From the NCBI GenBank assembly GCA_049116435.1, contig JAGDYX010000001.1:2584689-2648688 (forward strand): 64,000 nt of DNA, read 5' to 3'. The notes below the pieces were generated by a model. The model was given only the letters and a program-made list of their open reading frames with translations, was not told the DNA's origin and ran no database searches. This DNA comes from Paracoccaceae bacterium (GTDB lineage Bacteria > Pseudomonadota > Alphaproteobacteria > Rhodobacterales > Rhodobacteraceae). Below are positions 1 through 9,169 of the stretch, one piece after another (position 1 is the first letter of the stretch; each line of letters begins with the position of its first letter). Both the position numbers and the translations under genes were made by a program.

Positions 1-650
1 TCCCTCTCAACGAAAGCGTCGCGATTGGCCGGTCCCGAGACAAACTGCGGTCCATGCAATTGATGGCACGCGATGGTATTGGCCTGCCTGTGACGACTTT
101 CGCCCACGACGCCAAGCAAACGGAGGAAGTCCTGAAACTGGCAGGTGAAGCACCGCTCGTGATCAAACTACTCGAAGGCACCCAAGGCTTAGGCGTCGTG
201 CTCGCCGATACAAATCGATCGGCTAAATCTGTGGTCGAGGCGTTTCGGGCGACGAAAACAAACATCCTTATTCAAGAGTTCATCAAGGAAGCTGGCGGCA
301 CAGACATCCGCGCGATTGTTGTAGGCGGCAGAGTCATCGCGGCCATGAAGCGGACCGGTGCGGAAGGCGAGTTCCGCTCGAACCTCCACCGCGGCGGCTC
401 CGCACAAGTTGTCAAACTGTCGCCTGAGGAACGCGCAACAGCCGTCCGGGCAGCCAAGTCTATGGGGCTGAACGCATGTGGTGTTGATATGCTTCGCGCA
501 AACCATGGTCCGGTCATCATGGAGGTGAACTCCTCGCCCGGGCTCGAGGGTGTTGAGAAGGCGACCGAATTGGATATAGCTGGGAAGATGATCGAGTTCC
601 TCGAAAAGAACGCTGTCAAAGGCAAAACGCGGACGAAGGGCAAAGGTTAA
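1..650 (+). CDS. rimK: RimK-type ATP-grasp alpha-L-glutamate ligase (5' end outside window)
   Basis: Frame 3 is open from the window edge ([29 protein letters not shown]...). It matches E. coli RimK motifs from memory: [43 protein letters not shown]. Confidence 0.93.
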   Translation, partial: PLNESVAIGRSRDKLRSMQLMARDGIGLPVTTFAHDAKQTEEVLKLAGEAPLVIKLLEGTQGLGVVLADTNRSAKSVVEAFRATKTNILIQEFIKEAGGTDIRAIVVGGRVIAAMKRTGAEGEFRSNLHRGGSAQVVKLSPEERATAVRAAKSMGLNACGVDMLRANHGPVIMEVNSSPGLEGVEKATELDIAGKMIEFLEKNAVKGKTRTKGKG

Positions 651-655
651 CCTGA

Positions 656-1693
656 ATGCGAGAGCCTATCGGGATTGGCGGCGAGACGATCGCTCCGGGC
701 ACCAGACGAACCGTGGATATACCGGTCAGCGTTCTGTCTGATCACACGCCAATCTCAATGTCTGTTCATGTAGTGCATGGCAAAAAAGCCGGGCCGGTCA
801 TGTTCGTCAGTGGCGGCATCCACGGCGATGAGGTGATCGGGGTTGAGGTGATCCGCCGGGTCCTGGCTTCGAAATCGTTGAAGACAATGGCCGGAACACT
901 GCTGGCAGTCCCCATCGTCAATGCCTACGGATTGATCAATCATTCGAGATATCTTCCCGACAGGCGCGACTTGAACCGGTCATTTCCCGGCAGTCAAACT
1001 GGTTCGCTGGCAGCGCGTCTTGCGCATCAGTTTCTCACACAGATTGTCGAGCCGTCAGAGCTAGGCGTTGACCTGCACTCGGCAGCGATCCACCGGATCA
1101 ACTATCCTCAGGTGCGCATTTCATCCGAAGACCCCGAGATGGAAGAATTAGCGCAAGTCTTCGGTGCCCCGGTAGTTATGAAGTCGCCGCTGCGCGACGG
1201 TTCGCTACGTGGCGAAGCCAAGAAGATCAGCAAGCCAATCCTCTTGTTCGAAGCCGGAGAGGGTCTGCGGTTTGACGAGTTCTCGATCCGAGCCGGGGTC
1301 GCAGGCGTCCTTCGCGTCATGCATCACAAGGGAATGATCGCAAAGCGCGGCGTGTCGTCACCGAAAGCTCCGCCACAACTTTGCACGTCAAGCAAGTGGC
1401 TCAGAGCCCCGATGGGCGGGCTTCTGCGAATCTTCAAGAATGACGGTTCGCTGGTCCGTGAAGGGGAGCTGCTTGCCGTTGTCTCCGATCCTTTTGGCGA
1501 GGAAGAGCAAGAAGTTCTGGCACCGTTTTCCGGTATCATCGTTGGCCGTGCGGTCATGCCAATCGTCAATGAGGGTGATGCGATTTTTCACATTGGTCGG
1601 GTTAAGTCACTCGCGAGAGCCGAAGGGACAGTCGAAGACCTGGAGTCGCAGCTCGAAGATGATCCAATGTTTGATGAAGACGAAATCATCTAG
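656..1693 (+). CDS. succinylglutamate desuccinylase/aspartoacylase (AstE/AspA, M14-like zinc deacylase) family protein
   Basis: 345 aa. Zinc-binding HxxE motif GGIHGDEVIG and the RSFPG motif typical of the family. Starts after a 5-nt gap from the rimK stop. Confidence 0.85.
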   Translation: MREPIGIGGETIAPGTRRTVDIPVSVLSDHTPISMSVHVVHGKKAGPVMFVSGGIHGDEVIGVEVIRRVLASKSLKTMAGTLLAVPIVNAYGLINHSRYLPDRRDLNRSFPGSQTGSLAARLAHQFLTQIVEPSELGVDLHSAAIHRINYPQVRISSEDPEMEELAQVFGAPVVMKSPLRDGSLRGEAKKISKPILLFEAGEGLRFDEFSIRAGVAGVLRVMHHKGMIAKRGVSSPKAPPQLCTSSKWLRAPMGGLLRIFKNDGSLVREGELLAVVSDPFGEEEQEVLAPFSGIIVGRAVMPIVNEGDAIFHIGRVKSLARAEGTVEDLESQLEDDPMFDEDEII

Positions 1694-1897
1694 GTAAGAT
1701 ATCCCCAACGTCGGCTTGCTGCGCTTCGTAGCCACTCATGCCAGACGCATCAACGGGAGGTACGGGCTCGAAGTGGTCACATGAGCGAAATGCATATTGC
1801 ATGAGAAATCGAACAGCAGCTCGGTGGGAGAATTAGAATCAGGATGAACGGGCCAGATTGCTAAATCGCGCCCGTTTCGCTGCGAGCGCGACGTAGC

Positions 1898-2812
1898 TTA
1901 GCCGGCGAGGTATGTGCGAAACCAAGCGATCATTCGGGTCTCTGAGAGCTTGGCGGCTTCTTCATCGTAGCGCGGTGTCGTGTCGTTATGAAACCCGTGG
2001 TTCACGCCCGGGTAGATGTGGGCTTCGTAACGCTTGTCGTTCTCCTCTAGCGCTTTTTGAAACTCGGGCCACATGGCGTTGATCCGCTGGTCTAAGGCGG
2101 CAAGTTGGATCATCAAGGGCGCTTCGATCTGAGCGACCTGCGCGCTGTCGGCCGCCGCGCCATAAAACGGGACACCCGCGGCCATCTCTGGATATGCGAC
2201 GGCCAGTTTGTTTACCACACCTCCACCGTAGCAGAAGCCCGTAGCACCGACCTTTCCGTTCGTGCCATCGAGCGCCTGAAGATACTCGAAGCCCGCGAAG
2301 AAATCGTTCAGCAGTGCATCTCGATCGAGGCTCCGCTGCATTGTGCGACCATCGTCGTCATTACCAGGGTAGCCACCAAGCGACGAGAGGCCGTCGGGTC
2401 CCATGGCGACAAAGCCTGCCTTGCCAAGCCGGCGCACAACGTCACGGATATAGGGGTTCAGCCCCCGGTTCTCGTGGACAACCAGAATGGCCGCCGGCGG
2501 GCGATCGGATTTTATCTCAGCCGGACGGACGAGATAAGCTGTGATGTCGCCGGTGCCGTTCGGACTCGGATATACGATGTCCTCGCCCTCAATGTCGGGA
2601 TCATCTTCGGAAACTTGCTGGGCTAACGCGTAGTTGGGTGAAAGAGTGCTGAGGATCGCCGCCGCCGTGAGTCCGCCGACAGCCCATTTGCCGGCACGAT
2701 CAAGAAACTCGCGCTTCGAGATTTTTCCGTGGGCGTAGTAGTCGTAGAGATCGAGGAGTTCCTGGTCGAAGTCGGCTGCAGTCAGGCGGCGCGGGGGTAG
2801 CTGTTCGTTCAT
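1898..2812 (-). CDS. dienelactone hydrolase family protein, probably exported
   Basis: DLH-type alpha/beta hydrolase with nucleophile motif GFCYGG and a signal-like segment AAAILSTLSPNYALAQQ. I moved the start to the ATG at 2812 (MNEQL), which is preceded by GAGGGAGA; the track ORF extends to 2881. Confidence 0.8.
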   Translation of the reverse strand: MNEQLPPRRLTAADFDQELLDLYDYYAHGKISKREFLDRAGKWAVGGLTAAAILSTLSPNYALAQQVSEDDPDIEGEDIVYPSPNGTGDITAYLVRPAEIKSDRPPAAILVVHENRGLNPYIRDVVRRLGKAGFVAMGPDGLSSLGGYPGNDDDGRTMQRSLDRDALLNDFFAGFEYLQALDGTNGKVGATGFCYGGGVVNKLAVAYPEMAAGVPFYGAAADSAQVAQIEAPLMIQLAALDQRINAMWPEFQKALEENDKRYEAHIYPGVNHGFHNDTTPRYDEEAAKLSETRMIAWFRTYLAG

Positions 2813-3010
2813 TAGCGGGTCTCCCTCTTGGATGTCGCCAAAGATACCACACGACCCGATTCCCAGCTCAATAATTCTCATCTCGCCATGAGGGCCAACG
2901 GCTCAAACGCATCAAAGTCAATCAACTCAAGCCTTTGGGGCCCTTAAGTGCCCACCACGCGACAAGATTTGTGGAATGGGTAGGAATGAGGTTGTCGCTC
3001 CAAACTTTCA

Positions 3011-3040
3011 AATGACCGCTTCAGGCTCGTAGCGGTCATT
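3011..3040. repeat. REP-like palindrome, copy 1
   Basis: AATGACCGCT-tcaggctcgt-AGCGGTCATT. Perfect 10-bp arms, intergenic. Confidence 0.7.
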
Positions 3041-3086
3041 CGGGTTTGGAGTTGTCGCGGGCAGGTTCTGCCCACGACAGAAAGTC

Positions 3087-3608
3087 TCAGATCTCGACGC
3101 TTTCCGCAATGTCCAGCGCATCTTCAATCTCAACACCCAGATAGCGCACGGTACTGTCCATCTTGGTGTGACCAAGCAGCAGCTGCACGGCCCGGAGATT
3201 GCCTGTCTTCCGGTAGATCAAAGCTGCCTTTGTGCGCCGCATCGAGTGAGTTCCGTATGCGCCAGGATCGAGCCCAATAGAAGAGACCCAGCCGCGTACG
3301 ATCCGAGCATACTGACGCGTCGAGAGGTGAGACGAAGATCGCACTCTGCTCGGAAACATGTGCTCGCAGGTGGTCATTCGGGGAGTAGCCATCCAATCTT
3401 CGATTGTCCTCCGGGTTTGCCGGGTGACCTCGAACCGCACAGGTCGGGTCGTCTTTCGTTGCGTGATAGTCACGCGGTCGCGTACGGAGCCGCCTACGAT
3501 CAGGTCGTTCACCCTGAGCCGAACGAGATCACACCCGCGTAGCTTGCTGTCGATTACCAGATTGAACAGTGCCAGATCGCGAAGGCTTCCAGCCAGCTCC
3601 AGTCGCAC
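3087..3608 (-). CDS. tyrosine recombinase/integrase, catalytic domain only (probably N-terminally truncated)
   Basis: Catalytic signature is present: R in LRGCDL, HSMRRT (HxxR), LLGHTKMDSTVRY (H...Y). There is no N-terminal core-binding domain. The only start is a GTG three codons downstream of an in-frame TAG, and there is no ATG until far downstream. Confidence 0.7.
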   Translation of the reverse strand: MRLELAGSLRDLALFNLVIDSKLRGCDLVRLRVNDLIVGGSVRDRVTITQRKTTRPVRFEVTRQTRRTIEDWMATPRMTTCEHMFPSRVRSSSHLSTRQYARIVRGWVSSIGLDPGAYGTHSMRRTKAALIYRKTGNLRAVQLLLGHTKMDSTVRYLGVEIEDALDIAESVEI

Positions 3609-3624
3609 ACGGATTGCCTATCTG

Positions 3625-3894
3625 TTATTGCGTTCATTCGCACGAATTGTAGGGGGCTGGATTGGCGCTGTTATTGGAGGCGCGCCAGCCGCCGAGAGGC
3701 CTTGGTTTGGTGCTGCGCTTCTGCCGCAAGCCGGTGTCGCAATCGGGATGGCACTCGTGGCGAGCAAGAAATTCCCAGAATGGTCAGAGGCAATCATGGC
3801 GTTGACAATAAGCACTACGATTGCATTTGAGATAGTGGGGCCGATCGCAACTCTATTTGTGATCAACCGTGTTGGGGCAAAATCTCAGAACTGA
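3625..3894 (+). pseudogene. C-terminal fragment of a cation:proton antiporter (Kef/NhaP-like)
   Basis: Only the last ~90 aa of track ORF 3358-3894 look like protein (IVGGWIGAVIGG...LLPQAGVAIGMALVA...IAFEIVGPIATLFVI; two TM helices). The upstream part of the ORF is antisense to the recombinase, and there is no start codon. Confidence 0.55.
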
Positions 3895-4266
3895 CCCTCA
3901 TTTTGTCTTAATTTCATGTGTCTGATGGTAGTCGAACCATCACCATCACCAGCTCCACATAATCGCCGTTCATCCAATCAGAACTGGTTCAATCATTCTA
4001 GATGACTGCTCTGAGCCTAAAGCGTTCTTTCACAAGCGCGAATTTTTGCATGCCGCAAGTGCTCGTAGCGAGCGGGTTCAATTCTCCTCATCTTGACGCG
4101 CTGCGATCCGGGGCAACAAAGCCAAGAAGGAACTCCGAGGCGCGGAAAAATCGAACTCCGCATAACGAAAAAGAAACAACAAGCACTCCACTGTTTTCGT
4201 CTCACCCTTGAGATTGGCACAAAGTTGCTTTTTGCCATTTCGAAATACATTGTAGGACAAGGGAGA

Positions 4267-5055
4267 ATGGAAATGCGCATTGGAAAAGCCGGTAAGGCAA
4301 CGACGTCCATCTCGACGGCGACACATGACTCGATCACGGTGCGGAACCATGATCTCGTGAATGACTTGATGGGCGGCGTGACGTTTACTGAGTACTTCTA
4401 CCTACTCACTACAGGGCGCAAACCAACGTCCGAGCAGTCCTTCTTTCTAGACGTTCTTCTGGTATCCATCGCCGAACATGGCTTGGTCCCGACCAACCAG
4501 GCGGCCCGCATGACCTACGCCGCAGATCCGGACTTTTTGCAGGGCGCGGTGGCCGCCGGATTGCTCGGATGCGGCAAGGTCATTCTTGGCACTACGGAAG
4601 TTGCCGGGCAGTTCCTGCGGGACACCCAGTCGAGGATTGCAGACAACAAAGAGTCTTTGGACGACATAATCTCCCAGATGCTCGATGAGGGACGCCGCAT
4701 TCCTGGCTTCGGACATCCGATCCACAAACCCGTGGACCCACGTGCGCAACGCATTCTTGGCCTCGCAGAGGACAGAGGAGTTGCAGGCACCTACTCAAAA
4801 CTTGCTCGCGACATCGAAGACGCCATTTCCCGCCTCTGGCCGAAGCCCCTGCCGATGAATGTATCATTTGCCATTCCTGCGGTTCTCCTCGATCTGGATT
4901 TTCCGCCGACCGTATTGAAGGCTGTTCCAATACTGGCCCGCACCGCGAGCCTCCTTGCCCACCTTGCCGAGGAAAGCGAAACGCCGATCGGCTTCACACT
5001 CTCCCACCACGCCGAAATGGGCATCGCCTTTGAATCAACGCGCTTGTCGGAATGA
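4267..5055 (+). CDS. citryl-CoA lyase / short citrate-synthase-like protein
   Basis: 262 aa from MEMRIG, preceded by a GGGAGA RBS. Citrate-synthase-family motifs: GFGHPIHKPVDPRA and the C-terminal ARTASLLAHLAEE helix. Confidence 0.75.
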   Translation: MEMRIGKAGKATTSISTATHDSITVRNHDLVNDLMGGVTFTEYFYLLTTGRKPTSEQSFFLDVLLVSIAEHGLVPTNQAARMTYAADPDFLQGAVAAGLLGCGKVILGTTEVAGQFLRDTQSRIADNKESLDDIISQMLDEGRRIPGFGHPIHKPVDPRAQRILGLAEDRGVAGTYSKLARDIEDAISRLWPKPLPMNVSFAIPAVLLDLDFPPTVLKAVPILARTASLLAHLAEESETPIGFTLSHHAEMGIAFESTRLSE

Positions 5056-6344
5056 GCCAAGCCAGGAACCAAAGGTCGCTCGACGATCCCGCTTATCGAA
5101 CACAGCTTCGGTATCTCCTCGAGAACTCCGAATTCTACCGGAACAAACTCTCGGCAGTAGGAATAGACACACCCGAAGCTGCCGGCGAGCTCGAAGATAT
5201 CTCCCGGCTGCCGTTTACGGAAAAGGACGAACTCCGTGCTTCGCGAGATGAAGATCACCCGATCGGACGTCACCTCGCAGCCCCGATGACGGATGTCGTA
5301 CGAGTGTACTCGACGAGCGGCACCACGGGAACGCCCAGCTACATTCCGCTAACTGCCGACGATCTCGCGAACTGGGTTGAAATCTCGACCCGATCCTACG
5401 GAGCAAGCGGTTTGGCAAGGGGCGAGCGCATGGTCACCACGTACAACGCCGGGCCTTTTGTGGCGGGCGTGACGCTGGACGCCTTTGCCAAGCTTGGGGT
5501 CTGTCACATTCCAGTAGGCGCGGGCAACACGGAACGCCTGATGACCGCGGTTCAACTCCTCAAGCCAACGGTTCTCGGGTGCACGCCATCCTATGCATTA
5601 TACTTGGCAGAATGGGCTGTCGAACGTGGCATCGATACGGCTGGGTCCTCGGTCAACAAGATACTTGTCGCAGGCGAGCCCGGCGGTGGAGAGCCGGCGA
5701 TGAGACAGAGAATCGAAGAGGCCTGGGGCGCGCGCGTGACGGAGGCCATGGGTATCGGCGACATCTCTGTGTCGCTCTGGGGCGAATGCGCGCATCAGGA
5801 TGGCATGCATTTCTCGGGCGCGGGATTTGTTCACTATGAACTCATTGATCCGGAAACCGGCGCCAGCCTTCCGATTGAAGACGGCGCAGAGGGCGAGTTG
5901 GTCTACACCCATCTCAATCACAAGGCGGCACCGCTTCTTCGGTTCCGGTCGCGGGATCGCGTGCGCCTGAGTACCGGAGAGTGCCCATGCGGACGTGACA
6001 CGCCGCGTGTCCGGTGCATCGGACGCACCGACGACCTGCTGATTGTGCGCGGCGTCAACGTCTTCCCATCCGCAGTTAGGGATGTGGTTGGAAAGATCGG
6101 TGACGGCGTCAGCGGCACAATCTCGATCCGACCACAGATCAAGGCTGTCAAACAGGCACCACCGCTCCCGGTGGTCGTTGAGCTGGCCAAAGGCGCGGAA
6201 GCCACGACGGACCTCGCTGACCTTATCCGAAAGCGGATTAGGGATGAGTTGCTGGTGACAACCGATGTGAATTTGGTGCCATTCGGCACTCTACCGAGAA
6301 CCGACTATAAATCGAAACTAGTAGATTGGTCTGGTTCACGTTGA
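5052..6344 (+). CDS. phenylacetate-CoA ligase (PaaK)-like adenylate-forming enzyme
   Basis: 430 aa. PaaK family motifs: LPFTEKDELR, YSTSGTTGTPSY, VGAGNTERL. ATGA overlap with the upstream gene. Confidence 0.85.
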   Translation: MSQARNQRSLDDPAYRTQLRYLLENSEFYRNKLSAVGIDTPEAAGELEDISRLPFTEKDELRASRDEDHPIGRHLAAPMTDVVRVYSTSGTTGTPSYIPLTADDLANWVEISTRSYGASGLARGERMVTTYNAGPFVAGVTLDAFAKLGVCHIPVGAGNTERLMTAVQLLKPTVLGCTPSYALYLAEWAVERGIDTAGSSVNKILVAGEPGGGEPAMRQRIEEAWGARVTEAMGIGDISVSLWGECAHQDGMHFSGAGFVHYELIDPETGASLPIEDGAEGELVYTHLNHKAAPLLRFRSRDRVRLSTGECPCGRDTPRVRCIGRTDDLLIVRGVNVFPSAVRDVVGKIGDGVSGTISIRPQIKAVKQAPPLPVVVELAKGAEATTDLADLIRKRIRDELLVTTDVNLVPFGTLPRTDYKSKLVDWSGSR

Positions 6345-6367
6345 ACCGGAACACGTGAGGGCAAAGC

Positions 6368-6970
6368 ATGGGAAACAGCAACGATCTGAGAAAGATCCAA
6401 ACGCAGGGTATCCATCACATAACGATCATCGGTGCAGACCAACAAACATCGATCGATTTCTGGGAAGGTGTACTGGGTATGCCGTGCGTCTTCGACCAAC
6501 CCAATCTCGACAATCCGAACGAAGGTCACATTTACTTCGATCCGGGCGACGGTCGCTTAATCACAATCTTCACGAACGAAGAGCGCAAACCCGACGCGAC
6601 CGCCGTTCCGGAAGGCACCGGGTCGCTTCACCATCTTGCGCTGAACGTCAGTCAGGCAACGTTCTGGCAGGTGCCCGCCCGTCTCGACGCACGCGGCGTC
6701 AAGCACTCTGGCCCAGTGGATCGTGGCTTCATGGATTCAATCTATTTTCGCGATCCGCTTGGACTTCGGATCGAACTGGCTTCCTATCGTTTTGAGCCCC
6801 CCGAAGGCTGCAGACACGCGGACGTCATGATCGAAGCACACCGCATCCGGGTGGCGCGCGGAGACCACCACATAGACAAGGAACATCTTGCCGATGCTAT
6901 CGAGCTTCTCGTTTCCCGTGGTCAGCAATCCTTGTCGGATGACCGTTCGGCCAAAAATCCCTACGCCTGA
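6368..6970 (+). CDS. VOC (glyoxalase/ring-cleaving dioxygenase) family protein
   Basis: 200 aa. GIHHITIIG...FWEGVLGM...HHLALNV...DPLGLRIEL is the typical VOC fold pattern. Confidence 0.8.
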   Translation: MGNSNDLRKIQTQGIHHITIIGADQQTSIDFWEGVLGMPCVFDQPNLDNPNEGHIYFDPGDGRLITIFTNEERKPDATAVPEGTGSLHHLALNVSQATFWQVPARLDARGVKHSGPVDRGFMDSIYFRDPLGLRIELASYRFEPPEGCRHADVMIEAHRIRVARGDHHIDKEHLADAIELLVSRGQQSLSDDRSAKNPYA

Positions 6971-7101
6971 GCGGTTTTCGAACATGTCCAGAGACGAAGA
7001 GCGACCGCCGGCAACGGAGCTGCGTTGGAGCCATGTCGAGGCGCTCGGCTCGCTGCTCCGGAACGTCATTCGCTCTCCACGCCAATTGGAATGTATCTGT
7101 C

Positions 7102-7683
7102 ATGACTGATCTTGCGACAAAACCTTTGGATGAACTGCGCCTCGACGAAGCTGCCCGACCAAAGGCGCCTCTAGTGCCAGAGGCAACCGACCTACACCGT
7201 CGTCAAGGGCGACAACTCGCTGCGATCCACAGTCATTATTTGAGGGAGATGGCCCAAATCGGTGCGGTCTTGGCCCGGATCGAAGCAGGGGATGCTCCGC
7301 CCGAGTATCTGAAGCGGATGGCGCTCTCACTCGATATGGCCGAGAATTTCCGAGCGTTCGGATCGCTTTGCGGGCGCGAATGCCAGGTGCTCAAATTTCA
7401 TCACGACATTGAAGGCGCCGATATTTTCCCCCGGATCGAAGCGGCAGGCGGAGGCATGTTTCGCGAGATCGTGGCGAAGCTGAAAGCGGAGCACGAGGTC
7501 GTACACGAGTTGATTGTCAGACTTGGTCGTGCAGCAGATGCCTTAGCAAAGGACCCCTCCGAAACAAACTTCGCCGAGGCCGCGAAAACGTTTTGGAAGC
7601 TGGAAGAGGTCGTACGTTCCCATTTCGGCTATGAGGAAACGGAGTTGGCGGAGGCCATCGGGTATTATCTCGGATCGATCTAA
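7102..7683 (+). CDS. hemerythrin HHE cation-binding domain protein
   Basis: Start taken at the ATG at 7102 (MTDLATK). His/Glu motifs HHDIEGADIFP, EHEVVHELI, HFGYEETEL. Confidence 0.7.
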   Translation: MTDLATKPLDELRLDEAARPKAPLVPEATDLHRRQGRQLAAIHSHYLREMAQIGAVLARIEAGDAPPEYLKRMALSLDMAENFRAFGSLCGRECQVLKFHHDIEGADIFPRIEAAGGGMFREIVAKLKAEHEVVHELIVRLGRAADALAKDPSETNFAEAAKTFWKLEEVVRSHFGYEETELAEAIGYYLGSI

Positions 7684-7716
7684 TGGCGTCCGCTTCGTCC
7701 GCAAAGCGGCCGTTCA
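7682..7716. repeat. REP-like palindrome, copy 2 (diverged)
   Basis: AATGGCGTCCGCTT-cgtccgc-AAAGCGGCCGTTCA, immediately after the hemerythrin stop codon. Confidence 0.5.
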
Positions 7717-7828
7717 GCCACTCATGACCTGACCAATTATCTTCTATGACCGCTAAGAACCCAAATCAGCATCAAACATATCTTTTGAACTTTTCGGTTC
7801 TAAGTTGCCAAAGGCGCGCATCGGACAC

Positions 7829-8833
7829 TCAAAGCGGAGCTCCCAAAGCGAACAGGCAGTCTCCCGGCTGCGTGTGTGCGTGGAGACGCCTGGCCAAGAC
7901 AATTCCGTCGGCTTCAAATTGATATTCCGTCGGGGGCTTCTCTGGAGAAAGAAGGTCGAACATCCGAAGCGCGGGTTGGCCGGCCGCAACTCTGTCACCG
8001 ATCTCGGCAAGCGGCTCGCACCACCCGGCTTCCGAAGCATAGACAAAGAGCTCTGGTCGATTGAAAGCGAGAAACTGTGTTTCGACAATCCCGGCGGGTT
8101 CTGTCGAGATCACGCGGCGTTTGAGAATACCAAGGTGGAGCAGGACATTCTCCAGAGCGTTTCCAGTGTCAGCCATGGAGCGCGGGGTCAAACTGCCACC
8201 GCCTCCGAATTCACCTCCGATCGCCAGCTTTCCGGCGCGTTTTGCCTGACCAATTGCTGTCGGGCTCTTGTCATCAGTGTCGATCAGGAAGGCACAAGGA
8301 AGTCCCATCGCTCTGAGCGCCGACGCGGTTGCAGCGTCTAACTCTTGACCGGAAGCCAGTTGCGTCAGGCCACAGGCGATATGTGCCATCGACGTGCCGC
8401 CAGCATGAAAGTCAAATACAGTGTCGTGGCGCGGTATGATCTCCTCCGAGATAAACGCGGCGATCTGTTCCGTGGGCGTCCCATCGACCTTGCCCGGGTA
8501 TGAGCGATTTAGATTCCCGGTATCAAACGGCGAACAACGCGCATGGGCCGCAACGGCTGGCACGTTCAAACATGGAAAGATGGTGATCGCACCCGTGATG
8601 TCTTCTTGTAAGATAGCTTGAAGGAACTTGCTCAGAACAACCGGTCCTTCATATTCGTCGCCGTGGTTTCCGCCGAGCAGCAGAATGGAAGGACCATCTC
8701 CAGCCCGCAGCCGCCAAAAAGGTAGTCGGATCTGATAATAGGGAGAGCGATCGACGGAATGAGGCACACAGATCGCCCCGGACGACAGTCCAATCCTATC
8801 GAAGTCGATTGAACCGATTACACCTTTGAACAT
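7829..8833 (-). CDS. second AstE/AspA-family (succinylglutamate desuccinylase/aspartoacylase-like) deacylase
   Basis: Start moved to the ATG at 8833 (MFKGVIGS). Motifs GGNHGDEYEG and NLNRSYPG. Confidence 0.8.
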   Translation of the reverse strand: MFKGVIGSIDFDRIGLSSGAICVPHSVDRSPYYQIRLPFWRLRAGDGPSILLLGGNHGDEYEGPVVLSKFLQAILQEDITGAITIFPCLNVPAVAAHARCSPFDTGNLNRSYPGKVDGTPTEQIAAFISEEIIPRHDTVFDFHAGGTSMAHIACGLTQLASGQELDAATASALRAMGLPCAFLIDTDDKSPTAIGQAKRAGKLAIGGEFGGGGSLTPRSMADTGNALENVLLHLGILKRRVISTEPAGIVETQFLAFNRPELFVYASEAGWCEPLAEIGDRVAAGQPALRMFDLLSPEKPPTEYQFEADGIVLARRLHAHTQPGDCLFALGAPL

Positions 8834-9169
8834 CACCCACCCCACTCTCGCCTTAGATCTTCGTGTCTTACTCAAGCTCAATCTGAGAAATGACACCAGT
8901 CCCAGCGTAAACTCTGTGTTTCTCACTAGGAAGCAAACGAAAAAAGGCGACTTAAGCTTGTTCAAAGACACTGGAAACCTCGGTGCTTTGTTATGATTTT
9001 GAGAACAGTTGGCACGATTCTGGCCGCACTTGCCTAAGATCTCTGAGCCGCACTCTCCTATTGTTTCAGTTTGAGAAAACTAGTCATTTAGATCGCGACA
9101 GCGCGGTGCAGGTTTCCGTCAGACAATCGTCACTTTCTCGAATTTCCACGCCTTATTGAGAGCCCGATT

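Noticed and set aside
1846-1878. Stem AACGGGC / GCCCGTT between the convergent deacylase and dienelactone hydrolase genes, as a possible bidirectional terminator.
   Set aside because: The stem is only 7 bp with a 16-nt loop and no proper U-tract on either strand. Too weak to annotate.
2882-3086. A possible tRNA or att site next to the recombinase fragment.
   Set aside because: No cloverleaf or T-arm (GGTTCGAATCC-like) sequence is visible. Only a REP-like palindrome and a 10-bp stem-loop (3054-3078) are present.
4215-4228. Sigma-54-like element TGGCAC-AAAG-TTGC, about 40 nt upstream of the citryl-CoA-lyase-like gene.
   Set aside because: The GG-to-GC spacing is 9 nt instead of the required 10, and sigma-54 promoters tolerate spacing changes poorly.
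9010-9024. Sigma-54-like element TGGCAC-GATTC-TGGC with correct GG-N10-GC spacing.
   Set aside because: There is no plus-strand gene downstream for about 680 nt; only the recombinase relic lies there, on the opposite strand. The -12 box deviates (TGGC rather than TTGC). Probably a chance match or a fossil.
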